Part shown: positions 13,447 through 27,655 of the stretch, one piece after another
Layout: every line of letters begins with the position of its first letter
Numbering within the stretch: the stretch's first letter is position 1
Source of the DNA: Camelus ferus
Taxonomy: Eukaryota
Assembly (NCBI RefSeq): GCF_009834535.1
Contig: NC_045697.1
Span: 87,112,001-87,176,000, forward strand
DNA length: 64,000 nucleotides
Direction: 5' to 3'
Translations under genes and position numbers: made by a program
Notes under the pieces: generated by a model
Told to the model about the DNA's origin: nothing
The model's database searches: none
What the model saw: the letters and a program-made list of their open reading frames with translations, nothing else

Positions 13447-15734
13447 TTTCAAGCTATCATAAAGTCCCTTCAGTTCATAACATTGTGACTTTTGAATAGG
13501 GATCATTTGGAAAAAGAGCTTGACTTCTGAAGGGAAAAAAAATCTTCTGGGAAAGTCTAATTTCAATATTTTCTAAAGCTGACGATTTTTTTGCATCGTT
13601 GTGTTGCTTATATCTAGCAGATAATAAAATTTTATACGATCATTTCATTATGTTAGTGACTACATGTTTGCCCTTAAACTTTTTCTTGGAGTTGGTTTTG
13701 ATTTCCTAGGATGTCAGTTTTATGAATTTTGTTTCCTACTGCAGCTTTGAAAGTCAGCCAAGAATATTTCTCAGTCCATAAAACATTTTCACTATGCTGT
13801 TCTCCAGCTAGTGCTCAATGATCTGTGGAAATAAAGGGCAAAGGCAGCATGGGTAATGAGAATCCAAAGAATTTCCTTCACCTAGTCCTCAACATTAATT
13901 ATAGCCACCAGCTCCTCTACACCAAATAGCAAATTGGACAAGTATGAGTTTCACCTCTTTCTGTTTAGAAACACCCAACTATAAGTGTCATTAAGTTTCT
14001 GAATCTATTAATATTTTTTCCTAAACATAATGAATTAAATAATTTATGTGCTCCAGATTACCAACACAGAATCATAGAATTTTAAAACTAGAAGGACCTA
14101 TACATGTATTATCTAGTTAACTGCCTCATTCATATGTGCCAATAATTATGAAATCCTCAAGGGGACAGTAGTATCTTCATCTTCTTATCTCAGATGTTCA
14201 GCACAGTTCTTAGTTAAGAAGCACCCATTTATTTTTTGAGTAAGGGAATGAATGCTCAGAAAATAGAGATGAGGTTCACTGAGCTGGTTCTTACAGAGTC
14301 TGATTTCATCTTGTTTTAGTGTCATTTGTGAACCAATTTTCTTCTAAAATTAAACACTGAGACTATCTTTTGGAATTTTGTCACCTGCATTTATGTTCAG
14401 AGAAGCATTGTCATCTTCATTATAAAAAGTTATTTGTAAGCTTTGGAATACATTTATCTGTCAAAGAGCTCTAAAAAGAATTAATGAAGGGCTAAATGAT
14501 GCTTTAAAAAAATTCAGTAGTTATTGTATATACTAACTCTAAAAGTGAGTCCAGACTCACAAAAGTTTGTCTGTTGTGCTAAGGGTACAGAAATGATAGA
14601 TGTTCTTTTTAATGTAGTTGATAGCAACAGTATTCCGAGGATAAGAAAGGATAGTAACAGTAATTAAGGTCATACTTATTAAGTCAGCAAGAAAACAATT
14701 TGAAAGACTGTGGACGTCCTTGGTATACTAATTAATTTGGTAGAAAGGTCACCATGTTACCCTCGGCCAGAAGGCTATTCAGTCACGCATATTTTATTCT
14801 CGGGCAATCAAATTGAGTCTTTTCTCATGAAAGCGAGTATACATATAATTCCCTAGGTTCTAAATCCTGTCAGTCTATAACCACGCTTAAGAGTATATAA
14901 ATGAAGATCCTGAATCAGTAGCCACCCCCCCCCAACAAAAAAAAAACTTAAGTTAGTTTAGAAGACCCAAAAAAAGAGGATAGGAAAAAAAACAAATGAA
15001 GAGAACTTCTTTTGGTGTAGATCCAAGAAACCAAGGAAATGGAAATTTTCTTCTCATTCTGTTTTTTGAGCCAGGGATTTCTGCATCTGAGCACACAGTC
15101 TTACAGTATATTCTGTTTTTTGGTTTTTTTTTTCTGTTTTAGAGGGCCTTCCATTTTGTTTTGTTTTGTTTTTGAATCATTTTAAAAGTATTAAAGTATC
15201 TGAGAAGTATAAAAATCTCCTTATCTGGAAATTTTCACTCTTCAAAATAAATTTCTCCTTGAGGACTCTGAGGAGCCAAACTATTACATTTGAACAGCTA
15301 ATGTATGGTTAAGACTAAAATGTAAAGAACTCTCATTACCGATGTATAGCAATCTCCTACTAATACATCTTGTGTCAACAAAATGTCTTTTAGTAGTTTA
15401 TTTAATAGGCTTACTGTTTGGGAATGCCTAATAGATATGAAGGGTTTAAGAAGAGTAGTTTTTAAATCTTAGAATCATTGGTGGTTTTCGTGGCAAAATT
15501 TAAGTAAGTTTGATACTTTCTGCCATGTTTAAAGCTAAGTAGGGAACTGGCAATATGAATTGGCAAGTATCTGCTGACCTGTGATATCCTAGCTTCTGAA
15601 ATTTTATCATACGTCTCACTTGTGCTTTATTTCAGTAAACATTTATGTACCAGACATACCTTTTTTAGTTTAATTGTTAAGATACCTTGTAAAAGATATC
15701 TTCATTAAGCCAGGTATAATGGTGATAATTGTAA

Positions 15735-15968
15735 TAATGGTAATGCTAATAACTTACTATCTATTGACATTTCCTTTGTGCTAAGTATTATGCTAGATCA
15801 TCTCCTTTATCCATTTTATGTAATTTTGAGAAAGATATGAGTCTTCCCATGTTTGACTGAGAAAACTGAAGCTCGGGGAGCTTAAGTGACTTCCACAAGA
15901 TTACACACACAAAATAGTGATAAAGCTGGTATTTGAACCCAAGCTTACTGAATATCAGAGCTCTTTTC
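15735..15968 (-). mobile_element. MIR SINE
   Basis: gaaaactgaagctcggggagcttaagtgacttcc...ctggtatttgaaccca. Confidence 0.8.
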
Positions 15969-16939
15969 CAAGTTCAAAGCAACCTTCCCACTGAGCATTA
16001 ATTAGTGAAGGTTTTACTGGAATGATTTTTAAAACTTTATATTGTATAACATTTGTTATAATTACTATAGAATTTTAGTTTTCTGTGTTACCATTTTTAG
16101 ATCTATGGCACTTAAGAAAATAATGTGTTTAGAAGAATTTTATCTCCTTCAGTTTTTAGATTGTTCTCAGAAAATAACTTGAATTGACATGTATTAATTC
16201 AACAAAAGAAGTAATAAGAAAAATTATGTTCATAACAACCATGTGAGGAGGTCCACGATTGTGGAAAAAGAATCCCTTCAAAAAATTGCTCTTGGCAGAG
16301 TATAAATTGAACTGTGTGTTTAAGAATCACGTTTCTCTGACACTGTGTTTGAGTTAAAACTATATGAATGCAATGAGCATTGCCTATCAGCTTGGAATTT
16401 TTACTGGGAAATCATGACAGAATGGAAAAATACATACTTTTATGTCATTCTCTATGTTAACAGTCTATACAAAACTGCAGTTATTCAGAGCACATGCAGT
16501 TTCCACAATTCTATCCACAAAGATAACTCACTATGTATGTCTGTCTACTGTTATAAGATATGTTGGTAATCTAAAATAATTTATTTACTATTAGGTTCAA
16601 ATTGACTATTGATCACCCTAATCTGACAGCATAGTTTATCATGTAGTAATAAGCTAGAAAATTCAAAGCATTATTGATTCTTGACATCAAATGGTTTTGG
16701 CTTTAATTTTCTGAGTTTTGGTGGTAATTTCTTCTTGACTAGCATATATTTCTTCAGAACAGTTGTTTCCTTTCAACTGTAATGAAAGCTGTGCTCCCCT
16801 CCCCATCTCCTCGTACTGATTTAAAAGATGGCTGTCATAGATAATTTCAGATTTTCTTTGGCACATTGATGTATTTGGTTTACAGAATTCTTTAAAGTTA
16901 TTTATGCTTTATAGTTTTATGGACTACTTTATATTATTA

Positions 16940-17068
16940 TAAGGAGTATAGACTCTGAACCCAATTTATGTATTCAGATTCTGCCTCTGCCATGTATTCA
17001 TTGTGGAATATTAGGCAAGTTACCCCACTTCTGTGCCTCAATTTCTATATCTATAAAATGATAGTAAA
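16940..17068 (+). mobile_element. MIR SINE, followed by a MaLR LTR 3' stub (17070-17130)
   Basis: ttaggcaagttaccccacttctgtgcctcaatttctatatctataaaatga; then tactttgttatggcagcctgaactgaccaataca, a MaLR terminus. Confidence 0.75.
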
Positions 17069-17565
17069 AGTTGTTGTTTGAGCAACGTAGTCTGTTATAC
17101 TTTGTTATGGCAGCCTGAACTGACCAATACACACGCCTTCTCCTTTGCAAATTCCTCTACCACTTCTTGTTATAAAATATGGGTGTTTTGTTCATTGCTC
17201 GTTTATCTTTCTTTACTCACCGTATACTTCCTGGATGATCTCTTCTACTTTCATCTCTCCAGGTACCATCTTTATGGCAAAGCCTCTAAGATTTGTATTT
17301 CTACGTTATACCTCTTTCTTTTATGTCTGAACCTCAAGTTGTCCCACAGGCACTTCAAATCCAACATTTTTATATTTGAAGTACTTTTTACCCAGTAGCT
17401 TTATGGAGACATTGATTTACCAGCCCTATTGATTGTATTCCCTTAATATTTCTCATATATATCCACTTCTTTTATCCTTGTTGCCATGATATTTTGTTCA
17501 TAAAACTCTTTCTATTTTGCATTACTGTAACATTTTTCTAACTGAATGACTTCAGTATTTTCCTT

Positions 17566-20500
17566 GAAAAAATTTGTTTTGTATTTTCTAAGTAGACTTT
17601 ATTTTTAGAGCAATTTTAGGTTCACAGCAAAACTGAGTAGGAAATACAGAGAATTCCCATAAGCCCCTTATCCCTGCATATGCACAATCTGCTCACTGTC
17701 GTCATCTCACCTTAAAGAGGTACATTCGGTATGGTTGATGAACCTAAATTGACACATCATCACATTACATTAGGGTTCACTCAGTGTAGTTATTCTATGG
17801 ATTTTGACAAGTGTATAATAACATATATCCACCATTATAGTCCATACAGAGTAGTTTCATTGCCCTAAAAATCTTCTATACTCTGTGTAAGTCATTTTTC
17901 CTTAACCTTCAACCCCTGACAGCCACTGATCATTTTAATGTCTCCATAGTTTTAGTCTCCATTGTTTTACGTTGTCCAGAATGTTGTATAGCTGGAGTCA
18001 TACAATATGTAGCATTTTCAGATTGGTTTCTTTCACTTACTAATATACATTTTGGGTCCCTGCATGTCTTTTCATGGCTTGATAGCTCATTTCTCTTTAG
18101 CACTGAATAATATTCCATTGTCTGGATGTACCACAGTTTATTTATCCCTTTACCTACTGAAGCAATTGGTTGCTTCCAAGTTTAGGAAATTATTAATAAA
18201 GCAGCTGTAAACATCCATGTGCGGGTTTTGGTTTGGACATAAGTTTTCAACTCATTTGAGTAAATATCAAAGAGCAGGATTGCTGGATAATATGGTAAGA
18301 GTATGTTTAGTTTGTGGGAAACTGCCAAACTCATCCAAAGTGGCTGTACCATTTTGCATTCTCACCAGCAGTGACTAAGAGTTTTTGTTGTTCTACATCC
18401 TCGTCAGAATTTGGTGTTCAACATTTTGGATTTTGGCTGTTTTGATAGCTATATAGTGGTGTCTGACTGTTGTTTTAATTTGCAGTTTCCTAGTTATATA
18501 TGATGTTGAGCATCTTTTCATATTTATTTGCCATCTGGATAGCTCTTTGATGAGGTGTCCGTTCAGGTCTTTTGTCCGTTTTTTAATGAGGTTTTTCATT
18601 TTCTTATTGTTGAATTTTAAGATTTGTTATATTGGATAACAGTCCTTTACCAGACATAAATATTTTCTCTCAGCTTGTGGCTTGCCTTCTTGATGGTGTC
18701 TATTACAGAGTGAAAGTTTTTAATTTTAAATAAGTCTAGCTCATCAATTATTTTTTCCATGGATCATGCCTTTAGTGTTGTATCTAAAAAGTCATTGGCA
18801 TAGCTAAAATCACTTGGGTTTTCTTCTGTGTTCTCTTCCAGGAGTTTTATAGTTTTGCTTTTTATATTTAGGTCTATGATCTATTTTGAGTTAATATTTG
18901 TAAGGAGTGTAAAATCTGTGTCTAGAGTCATTTTCTCTTATGTGGATATACAGCCATGCTAGCACTATTTGTTGACAAGTTTTTGTCAGTTATTTTGTAT
19001 TTTCTGCATAGACAGTTTTTTCATCTGTGAATAAAGATAGTTTTATTTGTTTTTTTTCCCCCAGTCTGTATACCTTTATTTCCTTGTCTTGTCCTATTGC
19101 ATTAGCTAGGACTTCTAGTATATTGTTGAAAAACAGTGGTCAGGAAGGACATTATGCCTTGTTTCTGATCTTAGCAGGAACGTTACTTATTTCTCACCAT
19201 TAAGTGTGATGTTAGTTGCAGTTACGGTTTTTGTTGATGTTCTTTATCAAGTTGAAGAAGTTCCCTTTATTCCTGGTTTCCTCAATTTTTATTGTGATTG
19301 GGTGTTTAGCATAATTTGACAAAAAGGTCTCTTTGTCAGATGCCTTTTCTGTATCTATTGATGTGCTCATATAATTTTTCTTTTTTTAGTCGGTTGATGT
19401 GATCGATTATATTCACTGATTTTTTAATGTTTAACCAGCCTTGTATACCTGGGATAAATCCCACTTGATCATAGTGTATAAATCTTTTTATATGTTTTTG
19501 AATTATACATACATTATTATGTATTGTTGAATTCAATTTGCTAATATTTTGTATATTCATAAGAGATAATTGGTCTGTAATTTTCTTGTGATATCTCTGT
19601 CTGGTTTTGGTTTTAGGATAATGGTGGCCTCAGAGAATGAGCTAAGAAGTATTCCCTCTGCTTCTGTCTTCTAGAAGAAGTTGTAGAGAACTGTTATAAT
19701 TTCTTCCTAAAGTGATTGGCAGATTTACCAGTAAACCTAACTGGATCTCATGCTTTCTGTTTCAGAAGATCATTAGTTATTCAGTTTCTTTCATTGTCAT
19801 AGGCCTATTCAGACTGTCCATTTCTTTTTCCTGTCAGTTTTGGCAGTCTGTCTTTCAAAGGATTTGTGGACATAAAGGTTTTCATAGTATTAATACTCAT
19901 AGTACCCTTTATTAAACTTTTAAGGTCCATGGAATCTGTAACGATCTCCTCTTTCATTTCTAATGTTAGTAATTACTGATTTTTTCAAAGAGCCAGCTTT
20001 TGGTTTTATTGATTTTCTCTACTGATTTTCTGTTACCGATTTTACTGATTCTGCTCTGATTTTTACTTTTTCTTATGTTTATTTTGAATTTAAATTGTTC
20101 TTTCTTAGTTTCCTAAAGTAGAAGCTTACATTATTGATTTTATATCTTTCTGCTTTTCTAATACATGCATTCAATGCTATAAACTTCTCTTTAAGCACTA
20201 CTTTCACTATATCCAACAAATTTTGATAAGCTGTACTTTCATTTTCATTTAGTTTAAAATATTTTTTGATTTTTGTCGAGATTTATTTGACCTTTGTATT
20301 ATTTATAAATGTATTTTTTAATCTTTTAAGTGTTTCATTATGTTCCAACTGTCTTTCTACTATTGATTTCGTTTGATTTCATTGTGGCCTGATAGCACAC
20401 GTTATATGATTTCTTTTCTTTACAATTTGTTATGTTTTATAGCCCTGAATGTAGTCTGTCTTGGTGAATGTTCCATGTGATCTTGGGTAGAATGTGTATT

Positions 20501-21845
20501 CTGCTGTTGTTGGATGAAGTGGTATATGGATAATAATTATATCCAGTTGGCTGATGTTGCTTTTGAGTTCAACTGTGTCATTACTCATTTTCTGCCTGCT
20601 GAATCTGTCCATTTTTGATACAGGAGTGTTCAGATTTTCAACCACAATAGTGGATTCATCTGTTTCTTCTTGAAGTTCTGTCAGGTTTTGCCTCACTTAT
20701 TTTGATGCTCTGCTGTTAAATAACACACATTAAGGATTGTTATGTCTTCTTGGAGTATTGACTACTTTATAATGGAAATTCTTTCTTTATCCCTGATAAA
20801 GTAAACCTTTAGTAATACAGTAGTACGTGTGGGGGGAGGGAAAGTGTTCTGTAGTCTATGATTAGGTTGCAGTCTTTCAGCGAGTCTCTGTTGCTGGACT
20901 ATGAACTTCACAATTGTTTTTCAGTAACCTCCCTTACATGAGAGTGGGATAGGATGGCTAGAGAGAGCTGGAGTTGGGTATTTCCCTTCCTCCAGCTCAG
21001 TTGTGCTGTGATAAGACCCTAATAGTTTAGGAAATTGTTTCTCTTGAGGAAAGGTCTTATTGAGAAATACTGAATGTTCTGGCATATTTCAAAATGGCTT
21101 CTTCCCCTCTCCTTCTGCCAGAAGTATGAGATTTTCCTCAGAATTTCTCTTTGAGAACCTGGTGTAGCTTCTGGATGTAAAACTCACAGAAATGTGAGGG
21201 TTTCCCCATGACTGGATCTTTCTGGAGTATTTAACTCTCAGATTTGTCTGCACTGAACCCTCCAGCAATTCATCAATTACATTTCAGGCTCTCCTGTCCC
21301 AGCACTGCTTCCCATGGAGATTTCTGTTTATTGGTTTCTCTGTATCCAGCCTGTCTCTTCGGCTTTGGTGGCATTGATTTGCTTTATTGTTATAGTATGG
21401 GTATTTGTGCACTCCCCAGATTCATATGTTGAAATCCTAAGAGGTGGATCCTTGGGGAGGTGCTTAGGTTATGAGGGTGGAGCCGTCATGAGTGGGATTT
21501 CGGTCTTTATGAAAGAGGCCCCAGAGAGCTTACTCACCCGTTCTTATAGAGGACAGAATGAGAAGGTGTTGGTTACCAGCAGGGGAAGAGAGTCCTCACC
21601 TGACCACACCGGTCCCTTGATCTTGGACTTTGCAGCCTCCAGACTATGAGAAATGAATTTCTACTGTTGATAAACCATCTACCATGTGATATTTTGTTAT
21701 AGCAGCCTAAATGGATTAGGATACTTATGATCTCACATCTCTGAGGGATCTGAGAAGAATTAATTTTTCAGTTAGTAGAGTTTTTTACATGTTAGAAAGG
21801 AGTAAAGGTGTCTAAGATCCTTACATGCTGGACGGGAAAACAGAC
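17566..21845 (-). mobile_element. L1MC1-like LINE with both termini and internal deletions
   Basis: 3' end tttagagcaattttaggttcacagcaaaactgag; ORF2 remnants ([26 protein letters not shown]); L1MC/MD-type 5' end ...ccttacatgctggacgggaaa. Confidence 0.85.
21388..21723 (+). mobile_element. MLT1A/A0 (ERVL-MaLR) solo LTR
   Basis: tgttatagt...ttcatatgttgaaatcctaa...gatcttggactttgcagcctccagactatgagaaat...ttgttatagcagcc; 5-bp flanks tttat/cttat. Confidence 0.9.
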
Positions 21846-23614
21846 CAATATTGCCCTTTTGTAGTCGGTTCTCCATGTTGTAGCCATTGTGATCCTCAAA
21901 TACCTAAGTCTGATCTTGTCATGTCTCTACTTGTAACCTTCTGTTAACTTTAGAATAAAATCCAAACTCAGTAATTTGGGTAACGAAGGCTTTGTTCTTA
22001 TCCAGCCTTGGTTTATCTTTCTGTGCTAATCTTTTACATTTCTACCTTACTACTATGCTATTCTGAACTGTTTTCCATTTTCAATGTTCTGTGTTCTTTC
22101 TCTTTCTCTTCTTTTTCCTTGCCTGTCTGGTCCTCACTCATTTTTCAGGTCACAGGTTAGAAAATGTCTGCCCTGGACAGCCCACCTTGACTCTCCCAAA
22201 ACCTGTTCTTGTGACCTTCCTTAGCACTTTGTAGATAGGATAATAGCTAATTAGCAAAGTAAATACAATTGAAGGCCTTGGATATAATCTGTTGGTAGCC
22301 TGAAATATATCTATGCTTGTAGTCATTATGAAGGAGCCCTGACAGCTTTTGCTAGCAATGTTCTGATCTAAGAGTTAAACTCTAATTTGGGAAAGTTATA
22401 TTATGGAGGATTTTTGGAAGGATATGTAATCCATTTATTCAAAATATTCAAAGTTTATTCTTATGTAGCGTCAGATCAGCAAATTCATACACCTGCTGAT
22501 TAGTCACTTGCAGGAATTAATGCTAACCAAAACAAATCTCAGTGGCTTCCTTGGTCCCAAACTTTTTGACATTGGGAAGGACCATTTAATTTAATAAATT
22601 GACAGTGTGATTTATATAACAACCTGGAAGAACTAACCATTTAATTTAGTTAATTAACATTATAATTTGTATAACACCTTCATGTGTGTTTGCAGCTACT
22701 CTCCTGTGTATACACTAAGTCAGGTTTTTGAACTTGTAATACATGCTGAGGTCTAAATTCTTTTATTTAGAGATCCTAATTACTTTATTGTTAAATATAT
22801 TACATGGTGGTTATACTGAGGGTGTGCTTATTCTGTCATGGGTGCTAAGATAAAGGGATGGTGTATGTCCCTTCTGTTTTTTTTCTCTCTTCTCCAGTTC
22901 CCCATACTCAACTACATCTGATTGAATTTATATGTTTAATATGTGTATAATGCTATTTTACTCTATAGTTATCCACCCAGATGTGTATTATATATTTCTC
23001 AATTCTGAACAGATCTTAGTAAATCCCAGCTAATGCTAATGAGAATTGTGGGGCCTTGATGGTGTAATATCAAAGTTTTGTTCACTAGTAAGACTTCTTG
23101 AGTTTACTTCTTAAAAGTCAATATTTAGTCATTTTTTTGTGGTCAGAGGAAATGCGATTAAATTAAGGTGTAATTTGTCCTGCAGTGGTTTTGTAATTGA
23201 CCTGGAACATGAATAAAAGGAACAAAATTAAATGCTTTTTTGGCCTATTTTCCTGGATAAGTTGATTACAGTGACTACCTACCTGCTGATATGTTGAAAA
23301 GATATTCTTAATATTTAAAAGTATTAAGATACATCAGAAATATCCCATTTGTTATGGATATGTAGAGTTTTCTGTCTCACATAGGCACTATGCTTCATGT
23401 GAAAATGAGTTTGTATCTTATTCAGTTTTTTAATTCCCAATTCTTGTCAGTATATATGCTGTATTAAATCTAAATATTGATTAAATTAAATAATTATGTA
23501 TTTGGTGGACTTTAAAAAAAACCTTATATCTACTCAGATCTTTTATATTTGACACTCAGCATTTTATTATTGGAGAGAAAATGATCGTGGTTGATGATGG
23601 AGGAAAAGAAATGA

Positions 23615-23944
<330 letters not shown>

Positions 23945-25300
23945 TAAAATCAGGAACTGTATCATTTGATTGTTTTGGGTTTTTCACGTCAAATTACTTT
24001 CTACTTGTCATTTAGAGAATACTTACCGATCTTAAACTAAGGAAATGAAGAGAACAGAGAAAAGCTTTTGTTTATATTTTTATTACTTATGGTTTGCTAT
24101 TAAAGAAATTTTTTTGTTAACTCCTTGAATTTCCCCTCCCCCATTGTTGCATCAAACTCAGTATATTTCCCTAGAGAACTGAAGTTCTGAAATTCTTTTT
24201 TTGGTTTCATCTGATTTATGTTAAATTTTTTTAACGTTTTAATTCATATTAAGATAAACAGGCTCTTTAGACTCAAGTTATTATCAACAACTTTCTAGAA
24301 CTTTCTAGAAGGCCTAGCAGTTGCTTTCAAAGTAATTAGAATAAATTGGATTTATTTATGGCAATGGATTTTATTTCTCTTAAAAATTTCCTTAGACTGT
24401 AGCATTAAATTAAGCTATATAGGTGCAAAATTAACACTATCAAGCTATTGCTACCACTGTTTTTCCCCTGGTCATAGTTTAATCAAGGAGTTCACTAACG
24501 TTTAAGTGCCTAATTTATACTTCATGTATACTTTTTTAACAAGTATCTAAATTTAGAGTAAAAATTTACTCCTGGAGCATGAACCAGTTTCTCTTTTTTA
24601 GTTAATGTTATTGCCTCATGTATATGACCTTATGAGCTCCTCCCTCCCTATGCACATATACATGGACTTTCAGTTTTCAAAATGGGATTTTTTTTTCAAA
24701 TGATCTTTTTGAAGATTTGAAAGAAGTTTTTATGTGAGAAGAAAGCCTTGCTTTCATTCAGTTAGGTATTTTGCTGTGCAGTAAAGTCCCTTGGTCAAGT
24801 GCAGGTACAAACATTTTGGACCTTAATAAATTGTTCCCTTTCTGATGTAGTGCTATGTAGGAAGCTAGGTGAGTTCTGAACATTTATAGAATCTGGGTTG
24901 GTGCCCAGGCATCTCTGATGTCTATTAAAAAAAAAAAAAAGATAGGAGTATATTTTTAACGAGGATTAAAGAGAGTGCTGAAAGAGCCCTTAAAGGTTAC
25001 TTAATCTCACCTTTTGGTTTCACTGAATCTAGAAAAATCATCTTTCTCCTGCTATAAAAATGTGTAAGAATACATTGTATTTTTATGACATTTGTCTTTT
25101 GGTTACCCCATGGCTAATGAGCTCTAAAATTTCTTCAGTTTCTTTCTCTACAGTGTCTAATCTAATAATGTCCTGCTTTGGTTTCTTAGTATTATATGTC
25201 CTTGTTATTAGACACATTTCTTGAAGTAGGACTTTGGGCTTACAGTAAACTTCACTGGATTCTTCTAAATCAAGCTGTATGATTTAGCCTGGTTCATGCT

Positions 25301-25884
25301 TATATTAATTTTTGCTTGCCGTGTAACACATTACCCCAAATTTAACAGCTTCACATAATACTCATTTAAGTGTTTCTGGAGGTCAAAATCTGGGCATGGC
25401 ATGATGGAGTTGTCTGCTCCGGTACTGGACAAGGTGTTGACCAACTGCATTCTCGTCAGGAACTGGTATTCTCTTCTAAGCTCACACTGGGGCAGAATTC
25501 ACGTCTTATGATTGTAGACCTAAGGACTAAATTTCTTTACTGTCTGTCAGGTGGGAGCTACTCTCAGCTTCTAGAGACCCACATGTGCCCTTGCATCTTT
25601 AAAGACAGCAATGGAGAATCTCCATCATATTTTATCCATCTCATGCTTTAAATTTACATTGCAAGTAAAAGGCTAGTCTCTTTTAAAAAGTTTCACCTGG
25701 TCAAGTTAGGCCCACCAAGGAAAATCTCTCCACCTTCGAGTCAACTGCTTCAGGACCTTAATTACATTTACCACAGCCCTTCACAATAGTACCTATATTA
25801 GCATTTGATTGAATAACTGGGAGAAGGTGTATGTCAATCAGAGAACCAGGATCTTGGAGCTGAAATAGAATTCTTCCTACCACA
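25301..25884 (-). mobile_element. MLT1E/F-type (ERVL-MaLR) solo LTR
   Basis: tgtaacacattaccccaaatttaacagctt start, gaattcttcctaccaca end; 5-bp flanks atgct/gtgct. Confidence 0.8.
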
Positions 25885-26911
25885 GTGCTCTTTAGCTTCT
25901 TCCCCAACCCCTACATAAGTTCTCGCATGGGCATTAAGAACAACTAACTTATCCTTTACTGTCCTATGATTGGCTACCAACCAGCTCTTTTGAAATGTCC
26001 TTGTTCTGTGGAATCTGTCTTTTCTCAGATGGAGCATTTCTCTGCCTTGCCTTGTTCAGATTTATCTTTCTTCAAATTATACATACAATCTTTCTTAAAA
26101 TAGAACAGGATAAATGAATTTAAACTCCTTTATTAAGTAAAGGATACATTTTTTTCATGTTCTTTATATGTGTAACTTTTTGTAAGACTATTATTTAATA
26201 CAGTAGAATTGTTGATTTATAATCTCTTTTGCTTACTTTTCCCTCTGTAAGACCTGGATTGAATCCCAACTGTTACGTTTTGCCATAAGGTGAAATTTAT
26301 CCTAGTTTTAACCTACACCTGGCATAAAAGACCTCAAGAAATTTTTGAGATAAACATATATGAGATTTTAAATTATTCTTGGGCTATTCTTGGGTCACTC
26401 TAAGGTTTTGGGCCTTTTTTCAGTCTCATCTTAGAATAAGTCAAAACCCCAAAGGTAATGGTAAATGACTTCTATTCTCTTCAGGATACTTTGATCTGTG
26501 GGTATCTTGGGTCTCTTGGAGAAAATGCTTAACCAGATTTGGGGTGGAACTTATCTCCAAAGGTGGATGATTAAAGGGATGGAAGTGGTTCTTCGTTTTC
26601 ATATTTCCATTTTTTTGCCTTGTTTTTATGTTTCTTGCTTGCTAATAATATTTCCCTTAGAAGGCAGATGCTATGTTTCATTAATGACAACTCGTAAGTA
26701 ACAGTCTTTAATATCACAGAGTTTGAGAAATTAGTTTGAAAAATATCTTCCAGCATTCTAGTTATATTTTTGATCTTTCATAAAATAGTACCTTTAATGC
26801 CTCACTTCTAAAATTACCTAATTATCCAAAATAAATGTTTTAGGTGTCAATATTATTGCACACTGGTAAAACCTTTTGACCAACCTTTGCTTCAAGAGGC
26901 TTTAGAGAGAA

Positions 26912-27032
26912 GTATAAATATATACAAACATATTTACATATGCATATATATTTATATGTATGCTTGTCTGTGTGTATGTATACATATATATGCATACATC
27001 ATATATATGCATAAACATACTTATATACATAC
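26912..27032. repeat. Degenerate TA/CATA low-complexity repeat
   Basis: Alternating purine-pyrimidine tract, e.g. catatatatatttatatgtatg...tatatgcatacatcatatatatgc. Confidence 0.8.
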
Positions 27033-27568
27033 TTTGATTAATTTTTTAAAAAGTTAGAAATCTAACTTATTTTAACCAACTAATTTTGGATAAGCACATT
27101 TAAATTAAGATATTGAAAGTGTTTGAAATTATATACAAAGACTTAATTTTCACTAGGTCATGAGGATCTAAAGATCTTTAATTTACTATTCAAATTTTTC
27201 AAAATTTATAATATTTAATTTTAATAGATGAAATAATAATGAAGTAATAAAATTATAACTGACCATAAAACATAAAATTGGTAAATGGAAAAAGTATTTT
27301 TCAGTGGTATAACAATAGTTACAAGATCATCAAATGATATGCAATGCTTTCAAGTACAACTTTGAACTTAGTACTTTGAACCATGGTCTAAATGTTCTGC
27401 TTATGCAAAAAACTATTTTAAATAATCAGAGATTTTTGTAAAAAATATTTTAATTGTTTTCTATTTCAGGTAAAATTCTATATTCATATGCAATATGAAT
27501 TTTATTGAGTGTACTTCTGTTATTACTCAGATGATATATACTATGTCAAAAGTGTATTTTCCAGATTT

Positions 27569-27655
27569 TTTTCTCTAAACTTCTATAAAATGTTACATAT
27601 CGATGTTAATATTAATGTAATATTAATGTTACATTTTATAAAAGTTCAGAGAAAA
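27569..27655. repeat. Inverted repeat, 30-bp arms (27/30 match), 27-nt spacer
   Basis: 27569-27598 ttttctctaaacttctataaaatgttacat vs 27626-27655 atgttacattttataaaagttcagagaaaa. Confidence 0.9.

Larger units (their letters stand above)
17190..22230 (+). mobile_element. L2 fragment split by L1MC1 (parts ~17190-17560 and ~21850-22230)
   Basis: tggatgatctc...taccatctttatggc...caggcacttcaaatccaacat on the left; tctgatcttgtcatgtctctactt...agaataaaatccaaactc on the right. Confidence 0.7.
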
